Positions 8,301-16,930 of a DNA stretch of 32,582 bases are shown piece by piece. The notes beneath the pieces are model-generated. The model had not been told where the DNA came from, did no database searches, and saw nothing but the letters and a program-made list of their open reading frames with translations. The stretch covers positions 1-32,582 of the IMG/VR virus record IMGVR_UViG_3300010389_000069; one strand, 5' to 3'. Position numbers and translations under genes: made by a program. Every line of letters starts with the position of its first letter. Positions within the stretch are counted from its first letter, which is position 1. This DNA is from a virus (lineage: Duplodnaviria; Caudoviricetes).

Positions 8301-11300
8301 TGGAGAAGTAGTTGGTGATATTAAATCATCGAATGACTTTGTTTTGAGAAATGTTAATGGCGTATTTGATACCGTTAATAAATTAAATTCCAATTTAAGA
8401 ATTTTAAATTTAATTGTTGATACTGAATCTTTTTACACCGAAAATACTGTTATTAGATTTACTAATGGCACCGAAGCAACTGTATTATCAATTACTAATG
8501 ATACTCTTCGTGTAGCATTCAATCCATTTGAAGATGGTGATGGAATTGTATTCCCACAAACAGGAAGTGGTATCACTGCAGACGTAATTTATTATGTAAT
8601 TAATTCTACTGCTAATAGTTTCCAAATCGCCACTACACCAAATGGCAATGCTATTAGTTTAGACTTAGCATCCTCATTCGGTGTAGTCGCAACTAGTGAG
8701 ATTGGTAGAGGACTTATTCTCGAAAGAGTTATTGCTGGCAATACTGTAAAAGTTAGAGTAGATGATGGCGATTTCATTGCTACCAATGATTTCTACCTTC
8801 GTAGTGCAAATATTGATGACACCATTGGGTCTCGCATTTCTCAAGTAGATGAGTTGAGTAAAAATGTAGAGATTTTTGAGTTGAATGATAATATTGGTTT
8901 AGTTACTACTGCTGTTGAGCATGGCGTGACATTTGGTGACAAGGTAACTGTTGATATTATTCCCGATGACGCACAAACCACCACAGATTATCATGTAAGA
9001 CGTAGAATTTACCAAACGGTAAAATTATTTGCACCTGAGCTCAATACAACTATTGATGACACTGGCATTGGTGTCACTAAACTTCTAAATGCTGGTGCTG
9101 ACTATACCGATGGTGTTTATCAAAATGTAGAGTTGTTTTTTGCTGACCAAACTCGCACCAGAAATGCTGATGGTTTCATTGTTGATGCTGCAGATTCGTT
9201 TATCGGTGCTCCTGGAGCAGAAGGTAATGCAAAAGCAACTGTTACTGTAACTAATGGTGCTGTAGTAAATGTTGCAATTACTGATAAAGGGTCTGCATAT
9301 CAAATTGGTGATATTCTTGCCGTTGCTGATGCAGACTTGAATAGACTAGCAGGATCTTTAAGTCAATCATACTTATTTGTTGAGGTCACTCATGTTGGTT
9401 TTGGTATCAATAACACTGTATTGACACTTGCCGATGCATCTGGCGTTGCTGCTGATGATATTTTAAAAATTAACAAAGAAAAAGTAAAAGTAACTTCTGT
9501 ATCAGGAAATAACGTAACTGTAACTAGAGGAGTTGAAAATACTACAAGAGTAAATCATTTTAACGGAAATGTAGTAACATTTGATAGGGGTCAATATACT
9601 TTTATTGAAGGTAGTCAAATTGGTGGCAATAGCAGCAGTCCATTTGTAAAATATTACGATTCTTCTACACAAGAATTGACGGTAATCTATAATCTAGACC
9701 AAACTTTAGATTCTATTGAGGAAATTACTTTTAATTCCTCATTTACAGATAATGGGACTCCAGCAAAAGTGGTGAGAGTAAATTCTGTTGTTTCTCCATC
9801 TGCATTTAAGTTTGAATTTTCTAAAGACAATAATTCTGGTCCATGGACTCCAAATCCTATTATTCCTGTACAGAAATATTATCGTTATAAATTTATTACC
9901 AGTGACCCTTCAATGGGTGGGTCATTTTTAGAATTTTCTCCAAGTAGAAATAAAAATATTATTACAACTGAAGCAGAAAAAGGAAGTCTGTTACCTGGCA
10001 CAGGTGATGAAAATACTTCTTATGTTTCTCTCAAATTTGGTTTTGGTGATGCATCACCAACAAATACTTATACGCAGAAAAAACAAATTGATTTTACTAA
10101 TTACTACTACTTTGACAAAGCAGGTGTGGTAGATTCTGATGATAGTTACTTATCTCTTGTAGAAGACCCTCTACAAGGTGAGAAAACTGTAAATTATGTT
10201 TCTCCATTTTCTTTCGCATACAATTTATCATCCATTCCAGAATATGATGGATCTGGGTCTTTTTCATACACTACAAATTCTATTTTTACTTTAGGAGAAA
10301 TTGATAAAGTAAAAATTACAAACACTGGCAAAGAATATAAAAAATTACCAAATACTTTCGGTGTTTTACCAGCACTAGAAAATAGATGCTTACCTGTATT
10401 GAATTACAGTAAAGAGACAAATGAAATTGTATCTATTTCTATCGGTAGTGCTGGAAAGGGATATTCTAATCCAAGAATTCTTCTAGTTGACAATGGCAAT
10501 CCTGTATATTTAAAATTTAATATTGTTGTTGGAAATAATGGGGACATTGTTGCTATCCTTTTGCAGGATGAATATACTTTTACATCAGAACCTCTAGTCT
10601 ATGTTTTAGAAAGTGATGTAAAAATTTACTTTGGCAGCAACACTATTGGTGCTCCAAATAATGTTAAAGTTACATATAATGGCACTTCGTACTATAGTGA
10701 TACAACAGTATCTTCTCTATTCACTTCTCATCAAATTTTACAGGTAACAAATCTAGATGATAAGAATTTCTTAAATGGTGAGATTATCAAGCAGTACGAA
10801 GGTGGATTCTTGATTGCTGAAGGTCAACTAGCAAAAGATGGTTATGACCCAAGGAAAAACTTCTTGAAAGTTAAGAATGTCATTGGTGAGTTTAAATCTG
10901 GTTTACCTGTTACTGGCACACTATTGAATAAGAGCGCAGATGTAACAAATGTCTATTTTACATTATTCAATACTGATATCAAGTCATATTTTGATAACGC
11001 TGGTTATTTTGATACTAATAGAGGACAACCTTCTTCTTACACACAAAAGTTAGCAGATTCCTACTTCTATCAAGACTACTCTTATGTTGTAAAATCTAAG
11101 AGTCCTATTAATATCTGGAAAAAACTAGTCAAACAGACTGTCCACCCAGCTGGATTCAAGATGTTTGGCGAAGTTGCGATTGATGCAACTGCTAGCACTC
11201 CAATGCCAGCAAATCAGAATATTATTGAAAATGTCAGTAGAATTGAGTTATGGGATCCTGAAAAGAATAAAGTTACTATCAGAAGCACCCGTCAACAATT

Positions 11301-14300
11301 AACACAATCTACTGTAAGTGTAAGGGACACAAACATTCAAAGAGGAAGGGGTAGTGTATTGGTATCTGGCATTGATACCACTGAATTGCTTTCATATCAA
11401 TTTGAGTTACAACAATCATTTGATGGTGACTTTGATGAGGCAGGTAACATTGTTGGCACCAGAACATTTAATATGGTATTGCCTGGTTCTGGTATTCTTA
11501 ATGTTGCAAATGAAAACAATCTATTCATCACTATTGATGGTATTGTCCAAGAGCCTGGTATAGCATTCACTGTATCTGGGTCCACGCTAACATTTGCAAA
11601 GGCACCCCTTGGACCAAGAAGAGCAAATAATCAAGATATCGAGCCACAAAAATTTGTTGGTAGATTAGTTAGATTTAAAAATGATGCTCTCAACAATCAA
11701 TATTTCAGAAAGATTAAAAATATTCAAGAGCAGTTTGATGGAGTAACTACCAGATTCCCGCTATATTATGATGATGGCACAGATGTCATTCTAGATGCAA
11801 AGGAAAATCTACTAGTTTCTTTGGATGGTGTTATCCAGGAAAATAAGATGACACCTTTGATTCCTGCATTCGCATCTTATTATATTGACAGGACTCAGAC
11901 ACCAAATGACATCGTATTCATTGATGCTCCTAGAAGACTTGATGATGTAAACTATACTAGATTCTTCGCTTATAGTATTAGTAATTACGAAAGGATTCAA
12001 TTAGAAACTGATTTATATAACGGTGTCAGAAAAGGTCCTTTTACTATGAGGACAGTCCTCGGCAATCAAACTGTCACAGTAAACAATGATAGGACTATTC
12101 TTGTATTCATTGAAGGCATTTTACAAATTAGAAATCGTGCTTACAGTGTAACTGGGTCGCAGATTACATTTGCCGAGCCACCAAGACCTGGACAAATCAT
12201 CAATATTCTCTATCTGTATGGCAGAGAAACAGAAAGAAAGTTAACTTTCTATAATTTTGAAAATAATAAATTCTTCAATAGAATTGATTTAATTTCAGAT
12301 GCTTTTATTAGTAATGAGCAATTATTAGAATATAACACTGTATATCAAGGAAATTCTTTTTCTGAATGGACTGCTGTTGGTGAAATTTTAAATGCTTATG
12401 CTAGCACTGATGGACAAGGAAATCCAACACTAAGAATTATTTTCAAACAGCAAAATTTCAAGTTTGATACACAATATCCAATTAAATTAACATCATATAA
12501 AAAATCAGTAAGTGAATTTACAATTAATGCTTCTAATATTGTCTCTATAACTGATTATGTTGAAGACGATGAGAGAAATCAAGAAGTCTTCAAGACTAAA
12601 GCGGGATGGATGTTTGGCACTGAGTTAACACCAACATATAAAAATAATATTAACGTTGGCGATAGAATTAAGGTAGATGGAGAAAAAGATTACCGTGAAG
12701 TCCTTCTAGTCCCAGAAATCCTCAAAAAACTCGGTCATAGAAGACAGGATTTAATTAAAGACAATCATTGGGGTCAGGTAGGAGTTACTGATTATAATGG
12801 TCAGATTGATGGTATTGGTTTAAGTGTTTTAGCACAGTTAACTGAAGGTAAAGTAACTTCAATTACTTGGAATCAGAGAAATTATGCTGAATATGCATAT
12901 GCAGTTTCTGAAGGAATTATTATTCCAAAAGTTGTAACTACCAGGATTGGATTAGTATTTTTAAATATTTCTAACAAAGTTTTATTGAGAAGTGGTGAAT
13001 ATATCAATGTGACGAATCCTAATCAATCGGTATTAGTTACAAATCCAATTAATATTCAACCAAATGCATATGGTTATAGCGATACACCAAAACTAGTTTT
13101 TGTGCCACAACCTCCTAGAGATGAATATGGAAATATCACTGGACCTGTAACTGGTGGCGGCGCTGCTGGTTTTGTGGTGATGGATCGTGGTGAAATTATC
13201 GATGTTGTTTTAACTAGTGCTGGTAGCGATTATTCTGCTCCCCCTAGGGTTTATATCACTAGAGGATATAATATCCTCAGGTCTCCAGATAAAGTAGTTG
13301 AAAGTAGGACAGATTTATTCTTACAACCAACAATTAACGCATTCTTTACTGTCACTACACAATTCTTACTTGATATTGGGTCTAAAGCAGTACCTGATTA
13401 CACAGCAACAATTGATACTAGAATTAGATATGATTCTACAAATCCAACGATTATTGTCACCCCCGCAGTAAAAGATGCTTCAATTGTCGAAGCACAAAGA
13501 GAAATTGTATCTATTCTTGATGCTGCAGTTGCAGATGTTAATAGTATTGTAAGTGTTTCATATAACAGAAAGTCAACTATTGTCCAACCAATTAATGTTG
13601 AATCTAGCTCTACTGTTACTAAACTCATTACTGTATTTGCTGATTTCGGCACATGTGATGTATACAGTAGCGGAGTAGATGTAGATAAGTATGAGTTTGG
13701 TCAACTTGGTAATAGATTCTCTGTGTATGAAAATATCAAGTTTAGTCTAGATTTAGGTGTTGCATCATATGCAGGTCAACCAATTAGTCAGCAGAATACT
13801 TTACAGGAGATGGAGATTTATTATCCTACTGTTACTATTGGCGATTTTGCTGATAGAAGTGAGTCTTCACTTAGTGCAAATGGTGCTAATTGGAAACTGA
13901 CTTGGCCATCAATCAATGAATATGGAGCAATTCTTGATTCTTCTTTATCGGATACTGATACTATAGTATATGTCCCAAGCACCGATAGATTCCCAGCATC
14001 AGGTAAACTTTTAATTGGAAATGAAGTTGTTACATATGATGCTAAATTGAGTGATAGATTTACTGGTGTTAGAAGGGGATGTTCTAATAACTTGGGTGCA
14101 TGGGATATCACTGCTGCATCACATCTTGGAATAACTTTTGATATTTCAAATCAAGAATCTGTTAATGGTCCAAGAGATATCTACATCTCTCCAGATGGAG
14201 AATACATGTATATTGTTGGCACCAATACTGATTCTGTGCATCAATATAATCTTACAACTTCGTGGAATATTACATCTGCAGTATTTGCAAACACCTTCAG

Positions 14301-14958
14301 TATTGTTTCAGAAGAGTTTAATCCACAAGGTCTATTCTTCAAACCAGATGGCACTGAAATGTATGTGAGTGGTAACAGCTCAGTTTCTTTTGGTGCTCCT
14401 TCAAATAAGAGAATCTATCAGTATACATTGACAACACCATGGGATATTTCCACTGCTTCATACTCAAATAATAGTTTTGATGTGAATACAGGTGTTGACC
14501 AAGCTCCAATGCAACTTTATATCAAGTCTGATGGTGTAACGTTATTTGTCCTTGGCGGTGGTATTGATAATGCTAGAGAAGTGTTTAAATATACCATGTC
14601 TACTCCTTGGGATATTTCTTCATCTACATACGACAACGTGTCATTTAGTGTTGACAGTGAAGATGATTTCCCTCTTGGTATTGACTTCAAACCAGATGGA
14701 AGTAAATTCTTTGTTGTTGGCACACAAAATGATACAGTATATGAATACACTATGACAACAGCATGGGATATCACTACTGCTTCATATACTGGCAATAGAA
14801 TTCTTTCAGGCAATTTGACAAATCCACATGGCATTTATGTCCAACCAGAAGGTGATAAATTCTTTGTCATTGATAATAACATCAGTCAAATTTACGAATA
14901 TTCGATGACAAGAGGTGTTGCTCACAATGCAGGTGACTACTTGAGAAGTTTGGTTTAA
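5329..14958 (+). CDS. gp7: Baseplate wedge initiator gp7 (giant cyanophage type, with YHYH-like domain and C-terminal beta-propeller insert)
   Basis: QLPDFI...FLQKYY, IKNIKQFYRAKGT and DSYFYQDYSYVVKS...VHPAGFKMFG motifs; lies between gp6 and gp8. Confidence 0.92.
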   Translation: MAAIKKRISALVNKQLPDFISAEYPKFSAFLQKYYEQLELRGQPLDIIQNLTQYSDIDTYEKGLLSEFTTCTANIAAGDTTINIEVSDSFPETNGYVLIDDEVIFYETKTDTTLENCIRNVSGTTKLGDLYHESTWKQGDYGNGEEHLSGATVYNISNLFLYAFVKNYETQYLASFPEESLKPEVDKRTLIKNIKQFYRAKGTDQSIKFIFNSIVAQDAEDIPSIYYPKESTLKASTSDWINKFALRVKVLSGDPNKAIGQILRQEEDTYNTNVGNAFATIDNVNFLGNYDGESIYEVALAPETIVGEFAVAQKTFLTSRLLPAANTNSRIDVFSTTGWKTEKGKVEIGGETFTYKDKNVNQFVIESRNGNGDYPVNTPVYNYANLSATYEENGVEYTVRFVCYGILYNLNVSSASPYSTEGDEVQISDSGFETRNTVIYDKSQSDVRWKINNSITKSSISGLSEVLTDVQAIYEDEQYYYIASSGLPSYTIGTFSNLSPRDQKFLKLIRKESIRNTELYPTPTRDIGIFLNGVVAYGYKDYDENDVVFGGVTHFTVTEKGSGYKAAPFVLIDGDKEAVGKAKLSGEVVESIEVVNPGQNYNSNPAVTITSGRGAIVTATVTKDKVTQLTIVDPGEYYSSPPLIVIRDSLGSGRLAEYTAIVSNEGKLIGFNKIAEGKFYTQANVSVEVVAVGKGAEATASVKRWKKNRFEVTTKDAENGALFENFTKSFGYGYAHLGNPQQLRTDLGDTNSNAHSPIIGYAYDGNPIYGPYGYSDPLDPTSGIDRMLSSWRIKNRRDSDGPDSAIYPLGSFIADYYYQHRFGDLDENNGRYCVTPDYPNGVYAYFITVSAGGTPVFPYILGERFYSIPVESNYNSSINQLNVPSKARRLKTAITPNNGVSATAIIETTKEGSITSSVVESSPSNFAVGNQVFLDNRNTNGSGAVCEVSRLKGKTVSSIESTETKAVKITSKNPVYFFDKSIITQEGTNASGEVVGDIKSSNDFVLRNVNGVFDTVNKLNSNLRILNLIVDTESFYTENTVIRFTNGTEATVLSITNDTLRVAFNPFEDGDGIVFPQTGSGITADVIYYVINSTANSFQIATTPNGNAISLDLASSFGVVATSEIGRGLILERVIAGNTVKVRVDDGDFIATNDFYLRSANIDDTIGSRISQVDELSKNVEIFELNDNIGLVTTAVEHGVTFGDKVTVDIIPDDAQTTTDYHVRRRIYQTVKLFAPELNTTIDDTGIGVTKLLNAGADYTDGVYQNVELFFADQTRTRNADGFIVDAADSFIGAPGAEGNAKATVTVTNGAVVNVAITDKGSAYQIGDILAVADADLNRLAGSLSQSYLFVEVTHVGFGINNTVLTLADASGVAADDILKINKEKVKVTSVSGNNVTVTRGVENTTRVNHFNGNVVTFDRGQYTFIEGSQIGGNSSSPFVKYYDSSTQELTVIYNLDQTLDSIEEITFNSSFTDNGTPAKVVRVNSVVSPSAFKFEFSKDNNSGPWTPNPIIPVQKYYRYKFITSDPSMGGSFLEFSPSRNKNIITTEAEKGSLLPGTGDENTSYVSLKFGFGDASPTNTYTQKKQIDFTNYYYFDKAGVVDSDDSYLSLVEDPLQGEKTVNYVSPFSFAYNLSSIPEYDGSGSFSYTTNSIFTLGEIDKVKITNTGKEYKKLPNTFGVLPALENRCLPVLNYSKETNEIVSISIGSAGKGYSNPRILLVDNGNPVYLKFNIVVGNNGDIVAILLQDEYTFTSEPLVYVLESDVKIYFGSNTIGAPNNVKVTYNGTSYYSDTTVSSLFTSHQILQVTNLDDKNFLNGEIIKQYEGGFLIAEGQLAKDGYDPRKNFLKVKNVIGEFKSGLPVTGTLLNKSADVTNVYFTLFNTDIKSYFDNAGYFDTNRGQPSSYTQKLADSYFYQDYSYVVKSKSPINIWKKLVKQTVHPAGFKMFGEVAIDATASTPMPANQNIIENVSRIELWDPEKNKVTIRSTRQQLTQSTVSVRDTNIQRGRGSVLVSGIDTTELLSYQFELQQSFDGDFDEAGNIVGTRTFNMVLPGSGILNVANENNLFITIDGIVQEPGIAFTVSGSTLTFAKAPLGPRRANNQDIEPQKFVGRLVRFKNDALNNQYFRKIKNIQEQFDGVTTRFPLYYDDGTDVILDAKENLLVSLDGVIQENKMTPLIPAFASYYIDRTQTPNDIVFIDAPRRLDDVNYTRFFAYSISNYERIQLETDLYNGVRKGPFTMRTVLGNQTVTVNNDRTILVFIEGILQIRNRAYSVTGSQITFAEPPRPGQIINILYLYGRETERKLTFYNFENNKFFNRIDLISDAFISNEQLLEYNTVYQGNSFSEWTAVGEILNAYASTDGQGNPTLRIIFKQQNFKFDTQYPIKLTSYKKSVSEFTINASNIVSITDYVEDDERNQEVFKTKAGWMFGTELTPTYKNNINVGDRIKVDGEKDYREVLLVPEILKKLGHRRQDLIKDNHWGQVGVTDYNGQIDGIGLSVLAQLTEGKVTSITWNQRNYAEYAYAVSEGIIIPKVVTTRIGLVFLNISNKVLLRSGEYINVTNPNQSVLVTNPINIQPNAYGYSDTPKLVFVPQPPRDEYGNITGPVTGGGAAGFVVMDRGEIIDVVLTSAGSDYSAPPRVYITRGYNILRSPDKVVESRTDLFLQPTINAFFTVTTQFLLDIGSKAVPDYTATIDTRIRYDSTNPTIIVTPAVKDASIVEAQREIVSILDAAVADVNSIVSVSYNRKSTIVQPINVESSSTVTKLITVFADFGTCDVYSSGVDVDKYEFGQLGNRFSVYENIKFSLDLGVASYAGQPISQQNTLQEMEIYYPTVTIGDFADRSESSLSANGANWKLTWPSINEYGAILDSSLSDTDTIVYVPSTDRFPASGKLLIGNEVVTYDAKLSDRFTGVRRGCSNNLGAWDITAASHLGITFDISNQESVNGPRDIYISPDGEYMYIVGTNTDSVHQYNLTTSWNITSAVFANTFSIVSEEFNPQGLFFKPDGTEMYVSGNSSVSFGAPSNKRIYQYTLTTPWDISTASYSNNSFDVNTGVDQAPMQLYIKSDGVTLFVLGGGIDNAREVFKYTMSTPWDISSSTYDNVSFSVDSEDDFPLGIDFKPDGSKFFVVGTQNDTVYEYTMTTAWDITTASYTGNRILSGNLTNPHGIYVQPEGDKFFVIDNNISQIYEYSMTRGVAHNAGDYLRSLV
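14098..14910 (+). repeat. Five ~50-aa WDI(S/T)TA / PDG beta-propeller blade repeats in gp7
   Basis: AWDITAAS, SWNITSAV, PWDISTAS, PWDISSST, AWDITTAS each followed by a P-x-(G/D)-h-x-h-x-PDG-like segment and Y-x-h-(T/S). Confidence 0.85.
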
Positions 14959-14962
14959 TCAG

Positions 14963-14976
14963 TATAAATATAAATA
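14963..14976 (+). promoter_or_regulatory. Tandem overlapping T4 late promoters TATAAATATAAATA
   Basis: Two perfect TATAAATA boxes (14963-14970, 14969-14976) upstream of gp8. Confidence 0.85.
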
Positions 14977-15014
14977 ACTCGGAATTACCAGAAATAATAC
15001 AATAAGGGAAAACT

Positions 15015-16892
15015 ATGGCCGCCATCATTTCTGAAAAATTCAGAATCTTTAATGCTAAGCAATTTTTGGAATCTTTATCCGAAGGCGCTACAGGCACTGA
15101 AGCAACTTCTGACGAAAGAACAAAATCCTACTTCTTTGTAGGTCGTCCCCAAAAGTGGAATGCATATTTAGAGATTTATTCTGCTGTCGGCAGTTTCTCA
15201 GTTGGAGAGCAAATCTATGTCACTGGCAGTGGCGTTACTTTACAGACTTCTTCATTCCGAGCAACTGTAGAAGCAGTTTATCCCAACAGTCTTCTTTTAT
15301 CAGGTGTTTTCCCAAATATTTCTGCAGTCCCTGGTATTGGTAGTCAGATTAGAGGAAATTCTTCTAATGCTACTGCATATGCGGCGGTTTACAGATATGC
15401 GACTGACGAGATTCCCCTAAGACCAGCAGATAACGACGAAGAAGAAAAGAGCATCCATGATGACATGATTGCTCTTAAGAGAATTGGCAGTGACCAAGTA
15501 AGAGCAGTCGTAAGAAGATTTAATTGGAATCCAACTGTCAATCCTAAGTTTGACATGTGGAGACCTGACTACTCTTACGCTAGAGCAGCACAAGTTGACC
15601 CTGATGGTTCTGGAAGTTTAACTCCAGCTCAGTCTCTTGCTAATGCACAATACTATGTCATCAACAACAACTATGAAGTATTTAAGTGTCTTTCTAATGG
15701 TGCATCAGTAGATAATCCAAGTGGTATTAATGTATCATTAGAGCCAAAGAGAAATCCTGGTCCTACTGGTGAAGGTGTTTATGATTCTGCTACTGGTATT
15801 TTTACCGAGTTTCCTGATGTAACAAATGGTTATGTTTGGAAATATCTTTACACCATTCCTACAAATGATGTATTGAGATTCCTCTCAACAGATTTTATGC
15901 CTATTGTTGAAGATGCAACTGTTACCGCGTTAGCAGCATCACAAGCAGGTAGTATTACTGCAGTTTCTGTTAGAAGTAAAGGTAATAACCTACCTCAAAG
16001 TGAGGTTATGTATGCAGAAATTAAAGGTGATGGTGCAAATGGCAGAATAAGAATTGAGACTGACCAAAATGGTCAAATCACTACTGCATATCTAGTTGAT
16101 AATACTGGTGCTAGAGTTAACATTAGTGGTAGCGGTTACTCTTATGCAAGTGTCCTCTTAAAAGATGGTTTCCTCTTTGAGAATCCCGATTTGACATCAC
16201 CATTTACTGTTGCTGCAAATGCTTCTGGCGACGTAGAAATTATTGTCCCACCTCAAGGTGGTCATGGTGCAGACCCAATCACTGAGCTTCTCGCTAAGAG
16301 AATCATGGCAAATATTCGTTTGACCTATGCAGAAGGTTCTGGTGACTTCCCTGTAGACAACGATTTCCGTAGAATTGGTATTATCAAGAATCCTAGACTA
16401 CCTGCTCCATCTACAGATTTTGCAACTCAAGATACAATTAGTGCTATCTACGCTGTTAAATTAAACAGCGTTAATGGGTCATTCCAACCAGATGAAGTTG
16501 TTAAGCAAGAAGTTGCTGCTAATGAATTCGCATATGGCACTGTAGTTTCTTGGGTTTGGGATGAAGTCCCCGCAGGTCAAACTCCAACCTCAGGTACTCT
16601 AAAGTATTTCCAAAGCTCTGACCTACATACTGATAACGGTGTTGTAAGAGCATTTGTTTCGGATGCTGCAAGACTTGTGGAAGGTCAAACTTCACTAATT
16701 ACTGGTGCTGTAGAAACAGGTTATTCAACAGGTGGTGCTGTGCTACCACTATTGGGTCTTACTTTCACCGCTGGTCTTGCTACTCCAGAATTAGCAAAGA
16801 ATACAGGTGAGATTGTTTATGTTGAAAACAGAAGACTCATCACCCGTGCTCCTGACCAAATCGAAGATATCAAACTAGTTATTGAATTCTGA
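15015..16892 (+). CDS. gp8: Baseplate wedge subunit gp8
   Basis: MAAIISEKFRIFNAKQF, VFKCL-x-N, GYVWKYLYTI, NDFRRIGIIKNP and C-terminal EDIKLVIEF motifs. Confidence 0.93.
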   Translation: MAAIISEKFRIFNAKQFLESLSEGATGTEATSDERTKSYFFVGRPQKWNAYLEIYSAVGSFSVGEQIYVTGSGVTLQTSSFRATVEAVYPNSLLLSGVFPNISAVPGIGSQIRGNSSNATAYAAVYRYATDEIPLRPADNDEEEKSIHDDMIALKRIGSDQVRAVVRRFNWNPTVNPKFDMWRPDYSYARAAQVDPDGSGSLTPAQSLANAQYYVINNNYEVFKCLSNGASVDNPSGINVSLEPKRNPGPTGEGVYDSATGIFTEFPDVTNGYVWKYLYTIPTNDVLRFLSTDFMPIVEDATVTALAASQAGSITAVSVRSKGNNLPQSEVMYAEIKGDGANGRIRIETDQNGQITTAYLVDNTGARVNISGSGYSYASVLLKDGFLFENPDLTSPFTVAANASGDVEIIVPPQGGHGADPITELLAKRIMANIRLTYAEGSGDFPVDNDFRRIGIIKNPRLPAPSTDFATQDTISAIYAVKLNSVNGSFQPDEVVKQEVAANEFAYGTVVSWVWDEVPAGQTPTSGTLKYFQSSDLHTDNGVVRAFVSDAARLVEGQTSLITGAVETGYSTGGAVLPLLGLTFTAGLATPELAKNTGEIVYVENRRLITRAPDQIEDIKLVIEF

Positions 16893-16930
16893 TATCTTTT
16901 TCATCATTTAACCTGTTACTTTGAGTAGAG

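Noticed and set aside
14080-14930. Intein in gp7 (insert starts with Cys; His-Asn nearby)
   Set aside because: No Hint blocks, HN is followed by Ala and belongs to the host-domain AHNAG motif, and the insert is a propeller repeat
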